Positions 50,062 through 60,146 of a stretch of 64,000 nucleotides of DNA are shown one piece after another. A program made the translations under genes and the position numbers. The notes beneath the pieces are model-generated. The model saw only the letters and a program-made list of their open reading frames with translations. It did no database searches and was not told where the DNA came from. This DNA is from Spirochaetota bacterium (GTDB lineage Bacteria > Spirochaetota > UBA4802 > UBA5550). Where the stretch lies: positions 640,001-704,000 of the forward strand of contig OY760686.1 of assembly GCA_963663865.1 (NCBI GenBank). The letters run 5' to 3'. Each line of letters opens with the position of its first letter. Within the stretch, counting starts at the first letter, position 1.

Positions 50062-52926
50062 ATGCCGGTTTGGATAGTATACTTTGCTCTGTCGTTTCTG
50101 GCAATTGATGTTATATTTCTGGGGATGATATTCGCGTCGAGGGCGGCCGCTGTCAGAAAAAGCCGTATCATGCTTTTGCACAAAAAAGCTGTAGTTGAAG
50201 CTTCGGCTGTTCCGGGCGATGTCAGGGAAAGGATTTACAGGCTCAGGATTAAAACTGCCGAGCTGTTTGATATTTACAGAGACCTCGCGGCATCAGTTGA
50301 GATGCCGGAAGATGTGAAGAGTGCGTTTATTCGTATATTCGCGGAACGCCGGGTTGCAGCACACCTGGCCGGCAGGTTGAGGTCGTCATTTAAGCGCCGT
50401 AGAGCAGAGGCTGCATTGAAGCTGGGATTTTTGCCGCTTCCCGAGACGCACAGGGCTCTCGAAGAGGCGCTCGTGTCCGAGAGACATTACTATATCAAAG
50501 TTTATATCGTAAACTCGCTGGTAGATACCGATAATTACGCGGCTATTCCATATATCATCCAGACGCTGATCGGGGCTCCCCGGTGGTACAGAGAAAAGAT
50601 CTACGGAATCATGGAGCAGTTCGGCGGAAGGTTCCACGACTTTATGCTGCAGATGGGCTCGCTTGAGTCCAGGGAGCTGAGAATGCTGGTGCTGAATTTC
50701 GCGGCTTTCTTTTACTCTCCGAGAATAAAAGGTCTCCTTGAACAGTACTTGCAATCAGATGACAGAGAGACCGCGCTCGCCGCCGCGGAGGCGTGCAGAA
50801 GAATGTATCCCGAAATGCTCAATTCTGAATACTACCTTAAATCACGTTTTGCCGAGATAAGAAAAACGGCGATAGAATGCATATCGCTTTTCCCCTCGGC
50901 AGATGCCCTTGAGATTGTCCTGAATTCGATGCGATTCCCCGGGCTCTCTGAAACGGGAATATCGGCGGTGCATCGCATGATAATGAAGCGGCATGAGCTT
51001 TTACCCCTTGTTATGTCGCGATTTATCGGGGAATCCAACCCGGTTTTGAAAAACGCCCTCGCCCGGGTCCTGTCAATTAGAATTGACTACCTTTTTATAA
51101 AGCTGCGTCATGACAGCTCAGACAGCTACCGCGCCTTTATTAAGGAAATCATTCTAAGGGGAGAAGCCCGGAACGTGATATCCTTTCTAAATATAAACAG
51201 GGATAGCGGACTTGAAGGGGTAATTCTCGGTATTATGCTTGAGCTGAAGGATGAAGGGTTACCGGGAATAAACGAGTATCAGGCGTATCTTGACGGCCGA
51301 ATTCTGGAAAGGCTTGGCTTCAGCAAAGCTAAGCCTGAGGCTTCAGGGCCGCGGAAAGAGCATGTGAGAAGGGGGATTTTATACGGTCTTCTGGGCGCTG
51401 CTATTTTGATTTTTCCTCTGATATTTTATTACAGCAGTATTCACGGCGAGGGGATAACAGGCGTAAGGGATATCGCGGTAATGTCTATTCGGGGCTTCAA
51501 CCGTTTCTTTGCCTTTTACGCCGGCGCTCTTAACGGGATTTATCTTTTACTGCTTCTGTTTTCCTTTCATGCCTCATCCCGTCAGCTCAGACAATGGAAG
51601 GCCAGGGATAAAAGGCTGCTGTTCAAGAAGGGGATGCTTCCATCAATATCTGTTATCGCTCCAGCGTTTAACGAAGAGGCAACGATCATAGAGAGTGTCA
51701 GCTCGCTGATTAATCTCAGCTATCCTGACTACGAGGTAATTGTCGTAAATGACGGATCATCAGACGGAACTCTGAGGAGGCTTATCGACTGGTTCGGTTT
51801 GAAAAGAACAGCAACAGGGTTTGCCGCGGGGCTCGAAACCGGAACTGTCAGGGGTGTCTACGGCAGCCCGAGTATCCGGAATCTTATTGTGATAGACAAG
51901 GTCAATGGGGGGAAGGCTGATTCTCTTAATGCCGGCATAAACTTCTCGTCGAAGGAATATATCTGCGGGATAGACGCCGATTCTCTGCTTCAGAGCGATT
52001 CGCTTTTGAAGCTCACTTCTCCTTTTCTCGATTCAGACACGGAGACGCTGGCTGCGGGAGGCAATATATTGCCGGTAAACGGGTGTTCGGTAGACAGGGG
52101 GCACCTTGACAGGGTTGATATCCCCCGGAAAATACTTCCCGCGCTGCAGACAATTGAGTATGCCAGGTCATTTACTGCGGGAAGGGCCGGATGGGCCTAC
52201 CTGAACAGCCTGCTGATTATAAGCGGGGCCTTCGGCCTGTTTAAAAAGCAGCAGGTTCTTGACATGGGCGGATATCTCACGGGAAGAGAAAAGTACGGTA
52301 AGGACACGGTGGGCGAGGATATGGAGCTTGTTGTCCGCATAATCAGGCACTCCTCGGAATTCGGTAGCCCCGGGAGGGTAAGCTATGTCTTTAACGCGAA
52401 TTGCTGGACAGAGGTGCCTGAAGACATCGCTGTCCTGAGGAGGCAGAGAAACCGCTGGCAGAGGGGGCTGCTGGACACCGTTACTTTTCATGTCAGGATG
52501 GCGTTTAATCCCCGGTATGGCGCCGCCGGGCTCATCGCGTTTCCATACTTTATACTCTTTGAAATAGCAGGACCGTGGATTGAGGTTCAGGGCCTTCTGA
52601 TGTTCTTCCTGGGGCTCTTGCTCGGAATGCTCGACGGTGGAATTTTGCTGATGCTTTTTACTGCTGCTGTTCTGATGGGGCTTTCAGTGTCAATCGTATC
52701 ACTTTATATATTGGAGAGGGGCGGCAGGCTTTTCCCTCTGTCTGGAATAGTCAAGCTTGCTGCCCTGGCCTTCGCGGAAAACTTTGGCATAAGACAGCTT
52801 TTCAGCGTTTCGCGCCTTGAGGGTTACATCCATGCCCTGAGGCAAAAACAGGGCTGGGGCGGAATGGTCAGAAAGGGCTTCAGGGGAGATAATATCCGAA
52901 AAGGGGCCTCCGGCGGTCCTGCCTAA
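50062..52926 (+). CDS. HEAT-repeat + processive GT2 glycosyltransferase (PgaC/IcaA-like)
   Basis: APAFNEE, NDGSSD, NGGKAD.LNAG, IDAD, TVGEDMEL, QRNRW; N-terminal HEAT repeats; TM helices. Confidence 0.92.
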   Translation: MPVWIVYFALSFLAIDVIFLGMIFASRAAAVRKSRIMLLHKKAVVEASAVPGDVRERIYRLRIKTAELFDIYRDLAASVEMPEDVKSAFIRIFAERRVAAHLAGRLRSSFKRRRAEAALKLGFLPLPETHRALEEALVSERHYYIKVYIVNSLVDTDNYAAIPYIIQTLIGAPRWYREKIYGIMEQFGGRFHDFMLQMGSLESRELRMLVLNFAAFFYSPRIKGLLEQYLQSDDRETALAAAEACRRMYPEMLNSEYYLKSRFAEIRKTAIECISLFPSADALEIVLNSMRFPGLSETGISAVHRMIMKRHELLPLVMSRFIGESNPVLKNALARVLSIRIDYLFIKLRHDSSDSYRAFIKEIILRGEARNVISFLNINRDSGLEGVILGIMLELKDEGLPGINEYQAYLDGRILERLGFSKAKPEASGPRKEHVRRGILYGLLGAAILIFPLIFYYSSIHGEGITGVRDIAVMSIRGFNRFFAFYAGALNGIYLLLLLFSFHASSRQLRQWKARDKRLLFKKGMLPSISVIAPAFNEEATIIESVSSLINLSYPDYEVIVVNDGSSDGTLRRLIDWFGLKRTATGFAAGLETGTVRGVYGSPSIRNLIVIDKVNGGKADSLNAGINFSSKEYICGIDADSLLQSDSLLKLTSPFLDSDTETLAAGGNILPVNGCSVDRGHLDRVDIPRKILPALQTIEYARSFTAGRAGWAYLNSLLIISGAFGLFKKQQVLDMGGYLTGREKYGKDTVGEDMELVVRIIRHSSEFGSPGRVSYVFNANCWTEVPEDIAVLRRQRNRWQRGLLDTVTFHVRMAFNPRYGAAGLIAFPYFILFEIAGPWIEVQGLLMFFLGLLLGMLDGGILLMLFTAAVLMGLSVSIVSLYILERGGRLFPLSGIVKLAALAFAENFGIRQLFSVSRLEGYIHALRQKQGWGGMVRKGFRGDNIRKGASGGPA

Positions 52927-54179
52927 GCTCCCTTTTCACTGCCTGTATCTGAGGGCTGATGGCTCTCGTGGAATCTCCTGAAATCCATAGGCGAGATCTT
53001 CATGAATTTTGAAAAAAGCCTGTAGAATGTGCTGGTGTTTTCAAAACCGCATTCATAGGCGATGTGAATAATCGTCTTGTCTGAGTTGACAATTTCTGAC
53101 GCTGCTTTCTCTATTCTGAGTCTGTTTATGTAGTCCATCAGCTTTTCGCCGGTCAGCAGCTTGAAGTACCTTCCAAGATTGTCGGCGTTTATCTGTACCA
53201 GCTCCGCCAGGCCCTCGCGGGAGATTTCACGGTCATAGTTATTGTGGATGTAGCTGATTGCGTCTCGTATCTTCTTCTCGGTTGAGCCGGACATCTTCCA
53301 GGACCCGTCAATCGTGCTGTTTTGAAGGGCTGCGGGTGATCTCATGAAACCGGGTTGAAGGGGCTTGGCGCGGAACCTAGAGTAGGTGTTTCTGTAATTG
53401 GCATTAATTCTCATTATTACGAAGGGGATGTAGATTATTAGAGCAAGACAGACAAATATTGAGATGCGGCTGAGTGTCAGCACAGTCTGACGGTGTTTCC
53501 TGGTGTTCGCGTTGGAGAGTGTAAGAATGAGCTCCCCGAGAGGTCTGTCGTTAAACCTGAACTGCTTCCTGACCGAAACAAGAGTCTCTTCAGGAAAGGT
53601 CCTTGTGCGTCTCGCGATAACATAGCCCTTGGCGTCCTTAATGGTTATTTCCGCTGCATCTTTGTCCCTGAAATAGAAATCGGTATTTGTTCTTATTGAG
53701 CTGATATTGTAGTTCCAGAGGTCGGCAAGATTAGACCTTAAAATGGAGTTTGAGAGCTTATCAATCTTGTTCAAAAGGTTGACGTCAATAATGCCAAGCT
53801 CTATCCACGCTAAAACACTGCTCTCAATGGCGAATGGTTCTCTTGAGTGATAGGCTACATGGCTGTTTTCACCGCATTCAAAGATTCCCCTGCCTTCCTG
53901 GTCTGTCACCTTCAGATAGCCTATTTCCCTTTCTGAACAGAAGGGGGCGAGCTTTCCGGGAAGGTCTACGTCGTCGCCCGCGATAATTGAAAATCCAGCT
54001 GCTGACCTTATAAGTTCATGATATCTTGACGCGCTCTCTTCGTGAAGGGAGTTGTTCCTGTTAGCGTAGTAAAATGTGGAAAAAATAAACACGCAGAGAA
54101 GAACTACTGCGAAGAAGAGTGAAGAAAACATGAATCTGTTATTTGTGATTACAAGCCTTATTCGAGATATCTTTGTCAT
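52923..54179 (-). CDS. Transmembrane AraC regulator with extracytoplasmic sensor domain
   Basis: TM-soluble domain-TM-AraC (ISREGLA..LGRYFK..YINRLRI..CGFEN.STFYR.F). Confidence 0.88.
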   Translation of the reverse strand: MTKISRIRLVITNNRFMFSSLFFAVVLLCVFIFSTFYYANRNNSLHEESASRYHELIRSAAGFSIIAGDDVDLPGKLAPFCSEREIGYLKVTDQEGRGIFECGENSHVAYHSREPFAIESSVLAWIELGIIDVNLLNKIDKLSNSILRSNLADLWNYNISSIRTNTDFYFRDKDAAEITIKDAKGYVIARRTRTFPEETLVSVRKQFRFNDRPLGELILTLSNANTRKHRQTVLTLSRISIFVCLALIIYIPFVIMRINANYRNTYSRFRAKPLQPGFMRSPAALQNSTIDGSWKMSGSTEKKIRDAISYIHNNYDREISREGLAELVQINADNLGRYFKLLTGEKLMDYINRLRIEKAASEIVNSDKTIIHIAYECGFENTSTFYRLFSKFMKISPMDFRRFHESHQPSDTGSEKGA

Positions 54180-54196
54180 GTATATCGATGATGCCT

Positions 54197-55372
54197 TTAT
54201 TTAAGATTTACTCTTTTAATTACGGCTGTATACTCGAAGTCATAGGCCTCTATATCCGGATTGTAGGCCTTTGAAAGCTTTTTGAAGTCGGCCTTTTCCC
54301 AACCACGGAATTCATTCAACTCCTCAACAGCCTTGATGTTGCTGAGATCGGCGGGAAGAAGAGAAGTTCTGAAGCGGGTTGTCTGTGAATTGAAGTCAAA
54401 GCCTTTGAGGTAATCGTGAAGCAGAACGAGAGAGAGGGCTCCATCGATGAAGTGGCCGCCCATGCTTACCTCCATTTTCTTTTCGGAAATGGATCTGAGA
54501 GCTGATCCGTTCCAGTCAACTCCTCCGAAGAGCATATCTTTACCCGGATGAATACCCGTCTCTTCGGCTGCTACAATTGAAGCTATAGCCAGTGAGTCCG
54601 CCGCGCACCAGACTATATCTGTTTCGGGATAACGGCTGTTTTTAATATAGAAGAACTTGTCTTTGATGTCATTGGTCTGGTAAAAGCTGGAGAATATCTG
54701 CAGTAGCTTTGTGTTTTTCTCCTCCTGAACCGCTCTCTTGAGCCCTTTAAGCCTCTGGACAGAGGCGTCGTCAGTCGGAGTTCCCGCGAATGCGACGATG
54801 TTGGCGGGTGTAGATCTGAATTTCATTCTGTGGCGGATTATCAGGCTCCTGGCGAGGTGGTAACCGCCGGCTTCATCATCGGGAAGAATTTCGCCAATCC
54901 AGAACCGGTACTTGCCGCGCGGTGTGCCGAGTTCATTACGAAGAGAATTAGCGTTAAGAATAATGAAGGGCACCCCCCTTTTCTCAAGATGCTTAATGAC
55001 ATCAAGCGTATGACGGAAGGCGCTGATGAGGATGAAAGCGTCAATCTTTTCGTTTGCTATCTCATCGTCAAGTTTCTGTCTGAGCTGCCTGGAGTCGAGA
55101 GGAATCAGACTCGCCTTGAAGTCAATATCAAGGTCTCGGGCTGCAAGGTGCATGAGGCTGTACAGCTTCCTGTGGAAGGGAAGCGCGGCGAATGTCTTCT
55201 CAAGCATTGCCTGCTCGTTGCCGTCAGTGCAAACGGGGACTGTTAGAAGCATTCTGATCTTCAGCAAAGCACTCTGACGGACAGGTTGATCGGTTGAGTG
55301 AGGGCTGACCGAAATAGAGCTGAGAACGGCAACTGCAAAGAGAACGGTTGATATCTTCGCGATTAACTTCAA
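54197..55372 (-). CDS. Periplasmic sugar-binding-like protein (PBP type 1)
   Basis: PRGKY.FWIG.ILPDDEAGG, RLKGL, VWCAADSLA, GGVDW, GGHF. Confidence 0.8.
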   Translation of the reverse strand: MKLIAKISTVLFAVAVLSSISVSPHSTDQPVRQSALLKIRMLLTVPVCTDGNEQAMLEKTFAALPFHRKLYSLMHLAARDLDIDFKASLIPLDSRQLRQKLDDEIANEKIDAFILISAFRHTLDVIKHLEKRGVPFIILNANSLRNELGTPRGKYRFWIGEILPDDEAGGYHLARSLIIRHRMKFRSTPANIVAFAGTPTDDASVQRLKGLKRAVQEEKNTKLLQIFSSFYQTNDIKDKFFYIKNSRYPETDIVWCAADSLAIASIVAAEETGIHPGKDMLFGGVDWNGSALRSISEKKMEVSMGGHFIDGALSLVLLHDYLKGFDFNSQTTRFRTSLLPADLSNIKAVEELNEFRGWEKADFKKLSKAYNPDIEAYDFEYTAVIKRVNLK

Positions 55373-55549
55373 TTCAGGGCTCCAGAAGTTTATTGTGCTT
55401 CGCTCGGACTGCAGACTGCTGAATCGCCCAGGTACGGCGCCGAAGGCTTAAATCGGGCATATCCAACCGGGCAATTTGTAGCATCCGGTTTAAAATATAG
55501 CAATGCTTTTTTACTTCAAATGAGTTCCCGGTATTCTGAAATATTGATA

Positions 55550-56730
55550 TCAGGATTTGGGCATGTTGTCCCGACAGCTATGTGGATTATTTCGATAAAA
55601 TGAAGGTGTATTTTTCATTATTTTCATGAAGGTTCTGTAGAAGGAGGCCGTATTTTCGAAGCCTACGGCGAGAGCTATGTTCAGGACGTTTGCGTCGCTG
55701 GTTTGGAGCATCGAAACGGCTTCTTCAATGCGGAGCGTATTAATATACTCGTTTATTCGTTTGCCGGTATATATCTTGAAATATCTTCCGAAACTGTCCG
55801 GATTCATTCCAAGCATGGATGCGAGGCCTTCTCTGGAAATGTTGCGTCTGAAGTTGTTGTCGATGTACTCCTTGCCGCGAATAATCCTGCTTTCCATATC
55901 AGCGGTCATCTTAATACCGTTGATGGAGCCGTCATGGGAGTTCCCGGCTCTTCTAAAGCTCATCACCCCGCCAAGTGCGATTGAAAACCAGAGAAGCAAC
56001 GCCAGATTGATGAGTGCAATAACAGTAACCTTAAATGAAAATGGCAGGGATATTGCCGGTTTAGCGGATTCATCAATTATTCCTACCATTACTTCACCAA
56101 TTTCCTTCCCCATAAAAAATAAAGCGTTTTTGGACAAAACTGCGCTGCCCTTATTGTTCTCTCTCTCAAGGTTAACGATGAACAGTCCTGTTGAATCAAT
56201 AATCTTTATAAAGGCAATTTCAGGATCGTTGAAAAAAGATCCGGTGTTTTCAGCTATAGCGTCAATGTTATAGTCCCACAGATATTTGGTGTTGGATTTT
56301 GCAATGAGATCTGAGACCATTTCAGCCTTTTTTTCCGCTGAATCGTTAACGATAACAACTTTTATGGTTCCAAGCCGGCGGTTGTTTTTTCGATTCTTCT
56401 TGTGATAGTAAAATACCTGCATGCTTTCTCAATGCCAGTGTTACCCTCGCAAACGGTTTTTCCATTTCTGTCGGCAACAGCGTAGTGTGAGATTCCTGCC
56501 CGTTTCAAAGCTGATAAGGTGTCCCCCGTAATATTTGAGCATGATTCTTCGAGATTCATGTCAAATGATGAGATGATACTGTTCAACAGGGAATCCAGCT
56601 CTGTCATGTATTTCTTAGTGAGGGAACTGTAGTGATCTGTTATGAAAAGGGCGGAATATGTGATGAATCCAACCAGAAGAATTCCCGGCAGAACAAGCTT
56701 TATACTGTTGCTTTTAATAACTTTAATCAT
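55550..56730 (-). pseudogene. Transmembrane AraC regulator split by a frameshift
   Basis: ORFs 56362-56730 and 55550-56422 together match the paralog at 52923-54179; one extra A in the A6 tract (56385-56390) joins them. Confidence 0.75.
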
Positions 56731-57899
56731 CTGGACTCGAGTCTTCCTGATATCTTCTTTGCAAAGTCATATGAGTCTGACATGTAGTTTTCAAGCCTGT
56801 AGCTGTTAAAGTCAACTTTTTCCAGCAATTTGTTAAGGTTTAAAGATGTGTTGCCATCGTATTTTAATATCAGAGACTGTTCTTCAAAATACCTGCGGGT
56901 ATTATTCCTGTTATTTAGATAATCACTCATCATTACAACTCCCAATGCGCCGTTAATGATATGTCCTCCAAATGTTGCGAGTATCTTTCCCTTGTCTACA
57001 AGTGCCGTACCCGCCGATGTGTAATCAATGCCTGTTATTAAAACGTCAACTCCGGGAATAATTCCGTTTTCTTCAAGACCCTCTACAAGTCCAGCGGCTA
57101 TTGAATCGCTTTCGCACCAGAACCCTCTGGTGTCGGGATATCTGTTGATAATATACCGGACCTTATTCCGGCTTATTGATGAGTTATACGAGAGAGCCTT
57201 CCCGTTTTTACGCCAGGTTGTTGTGAAGTACTGGTTCAGGACGATGTTGGGGTAATTGGACAGTGCTCTTTTAAGTCCTGAAAGACGTCTTTTGGTGACA
57301 ATAAACCCGGGATTGCCGCAAAGAGCTGTGAAGGGTATTATGTCTTTTCGTCCGTGTTTGCTGATAAGCCGTTCAAAAAGATATATTCCGGATTGATATC
57401 CAATTTCTTCATCATCGTGGGAGATGTGGCCAATGTATTGTCTGTAATTCTTCCCGGGTTTTCCAGCTCTATCTGAGATATTAATGATGTTATTTATAAA
57501 AATCACAGGCTTTCCGTGGTATTCACAGATTGGCAGGATATTATCGAATAAAAAACCGCTTCCCGGTATAATTATGCCATTTACTTCATCCCTTGAAATA
57601 AAATTTTCCAGTGCGCGCTTATCCTGGGCATCAATCATGAAAGCCGAAATAGTATACTGAAGCAGTTCAATTCCCAGGTCTGAGCATGCTTTTTTTGCAA
57701 TTATTTCTGTTTCATTGAAGAACTGGGAACCGTTCTGATCGCTTGTTATTATGTCCGGTTTGATAAAAGCGACAGAAAATGGCCGGACATTATCTGTGAA
57801 AAAAAAGGCAGTGTTGAAATACAAAAAATAGAGGGCAGTAATCGCGCAGAGAATCGTGGCTGCGGCAAGTATTTCTATAGCTCGTTTCTTTTTTAGCAT
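56727..57899 (-). CDS. Periplasmic sugar-binding-like protein (PBP type 1)
   Basis: Paralog of 54197-55372: PGKNY.QYIG..HDDEEIG, RLSGL, FWCESDSIA, TGIDY, GGH. Confidence 0.8.
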   Translation of the reverse strand: MLKKKRAIEILAAATILCAITALYFLYFNTAFFFTDNVRPFSVAFIKPDIITSDQNGSQFFNETEIIAKKACSDLGIELLQYTISAFMIDAQDKRALENFISRDEVNGIIIPGSGFLFDNILPICEYHGKPVIFINNIINISDRAGKPGKNYRQYIGHISHDDEEIGYQSGIYLFERLISKHGRKDIIPFTALCGNPGFIVTKRRLSGLKRALSNYPNIVLNQYFTTTWRKNGKALSYNSSISRNKVRYIINRYPDTRGFWCESDSIAAGLVEGLEENGIIPGVDVLITGIDYTSAGTALVDKGKILATFGGHIINGALGVVMMSDYLNNRNNTRRYFEEQSLILKYDGNTSLNLNKLLEKVDFNSYRLENYMSDSYDFAKKISGRLESR

Positions 57900-58184
57900 G
57901 GCAAATAAATATTAAGAGTTTGATTTGTTTCAATATTTGTAAAACAGAGATACGACAAAGTCAACTTTTTAAAGCATATATATCCGCCACATAATACCAC
58001 AATCTCTGATCTCAGAAAATGTGATGTTTCAAAATCAGAAATCTCAGGGCGCTGGACGATTATAACCTCAATACCCTGCTATGTATAATAAGCCTTTAAT
58101 AACGATCATGTTTTTCAGGGATAATTGGGCGTAAATGCTCGGATCGTTTCTAATGGTAAAATACATTTTCAGGAGGGTAGCAAA

Positions 58185-60056
58185 ATGTTAATATCTCATT
58201 GCGAGACAGAGACGCGTTATGAGAAGCTCAGAGCCGCCGTTGCGGGCTTGACAACACTTGCGGCATTCGCTGTTCCATTCGCCGGGTGCGGGGACGATTC
58301 TTCGGAAGACAGGGATGCTGGAAAGCAGTACAATATCCTTTGGATTGACGGGGACGATTTAAGCGTAAATCTTGCGGCGTACGGTGATGCAAGTGTCAGC
58401 ACTCCTAACATTGACAGGCTTGCAGCAGAAGGCATTGTCTACGACAACTATTTCGTCACAAATGCGCAGTGTTCGCCGGTCAGGTCAAGCCTTCACACAG
58501 GAATGTACCCTACTACAATTGGGACGCATCAGATGCGGAATAACACATTCAGGACTGATCCCTCTGACTCCTCAACGACTGTTGCGCTTGAGCCTGTATT
58601 GCCAGATGGCGTTAAGGTCTTCACCGAGTATATGAGACAGGCAGGATACTACTGCGCCATTCAGAACAAGCTTGATTATCAGTACGGTAACGCGCTTTCC
58701 GCATGGGACATAGCGGCTTCGTCATCGGCTACACTTCCGGTGGGTAATGATTCGGCGGAGCCGATAACAGATCAGTTTAATGGTCTGTGGAACAGAAGGG
58801 CGAGCGGGCAGCCGTTCTTTGCTCACATGACCTTTGACCATACGCATGAACGGTTTATCTGGGATAAATCATGTCCCCAGGACAATCAGTTTTATTTTCT
58901 TAGTCAGTTTACAGCTTCATTTGAGGCGGGTGAAATACCGTCCGACGTTGACCTGGAGAAGATGCTGGTCCCATCGTATTTTCCGCAAGACAACGATATA
59001 GTTAAAGCGGATATCGCCAGATATTATCATCAGCTGATGGTTGTTGACTCCGAAATTGGGCAGGTTCTCGATCAGCTTGAAGCGGAAGGCGACCTTGACA
59101 ATACCATAATCATCTTCTTCGGGGACAATGGGCGGGCCTTGCCGAGAGAGAAGAGAACCCAGTGGGATTCAGGACTCAGGGTACCGCTTATTGTGAGATG
59201 GCCTGACGGAAGGGACGCGGGAACACATAAGAGTGAGCTGGTCAGCGCGGTTGATCTTGCTCCAACAACACTTAACCTCGCTAATATTGAGGTTCCGGAA
59301 CATATTCAGGGGAAGGTTTTTCTGGGTAAGAACAGGGACAAGGAAAGGGAGTATGTCTATGGTCACAGGGACAGGACAGATGATCTCTATGATAAAATCA
59401 GGTCTGTGAGAGATGAGAGGTTTCATTACATCAGAAACTATTATCCTGAAATATCAAATGGAATTTATCAGCCGTTTCTTGCTGTTGGGGCTCTATACCG
59501 GGAGTGGGCCAGACTCTACGAAGAAGAACCTGAAACTTTGAGCGCTGAGGAGAAGTTCTATTTTGATCCAAAACCCGAGGAAGAGCTTTATGACACGTGG
59601 AATGATCCATATGAGCTGAACAACCTTGCTGATAATCAGGAGTATTCTGAGGATAAGGCCAGACTGATATCAGCACTTGATAAATGGATTGAAGAAACCG
59701 ATATCTGGTCAGATCTTTCGGGCAATAAGACCATGCTTGAGGAAGAGACCGATATGGGAAAAGCCATGTGGCCCGGATTTGTTCAGCCGATAGTAGGCAC
59801 GCCGATATTTTCTAAAGGAAGTCAGACAGTCAGCGCTCCATTCAGCCTTACGTTTGACTGCATGACTGCCGGGGCGTCAATTGTCTATACGGTCGTTGAT
59901 TCTACAGTGCCGGCCGACGCGGCAAGCCATCAGTGGAAGCTGTACAGCGGGCCAATTGAAATAACAGAGAACTGCACTGTTATGGCTCAGGCAATGAGGC
60001 CCGGCTATAAGTCGAGCGATGTGCAGAGCGCTTCATACACGTTCAGCGTGAAATGA
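58185..60056 (+). CDS. Cys-type sulfatase lipoprotein with C-terminal FN3/chitobiase-like domain
   Basis: NILWIDGDD, CSPVRSSLHTG, GDNG, EELYD..DPYEL.NL; C-terminal GASIVYT..YSGPI; lipobox FAGC; RBS AGGAGG. Confidence 0.93.
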   Translation: MLISHCETETRYEKLRAAVAGLTTLAAFAVPFAGCGDDSSEDRDAGKQYNILWIDGDDLSVNLAAYGDASVSTPNIDRLAAEGIVYDNYFVTNAQCSPVRSSLHTGMYPTTIGTHQMRNNTFRTDPSDSSTTVALEPVLPDGVKVFTEYMRQAGYYCAIQNKLDYQYGNALSAWDIAASSSATLPVGNDSAEPITDQFNGLWNRRASGQPFFAHMTFDHTHERFIWDKSCPQDNQFYFLSQFTASFEAGEIPSDVDLEKMLVPSYFPQDNDIVKADIARYYHQLMVVDSEIGQVLDQLEAEGDLDNTIIIFFGDNGRALPREKRTQWDSGLRVPLIVRWPDGRDAGTHKSELVSAVDLAPTTLNLANIEVPEHIQGKVFLGKNRDKEREYVYGHRDRTDDLYDKIRSVRDERFHYIRNYYPEISNGIYQPFLAVGALYREWARLYEEEPETLSAEEKFYFDPKPEEELYDTWNDPYELNNLADNQEYSEDKARLISALDKWIEETDIWSDLSGNKTMLEEETDMGKAMWPGFVQPIVGTPIFSKGSQTVSAPFSLTFDCMTAGASIVYTVVDSTVPADAASHQWKLYSGPIEITENCTVMAQAMRPGYKSSDVQSASYTFSVK

Positions 60057-60146
60057 AAAGGCTCCCGATGATCTGATGCTTATGTAACAATTTGACAGGG
60101 AAGTCCGGGCCGTGTGGGTTCCGGGTTTCCCTGAATAATGGGAATA

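Noticed and set aside
58040-58062. Third copy of the AraC operator motif upstream of sulfatase 2
   Set aside because: Only about 10 of 17 positions match; not distinguishable from chance.
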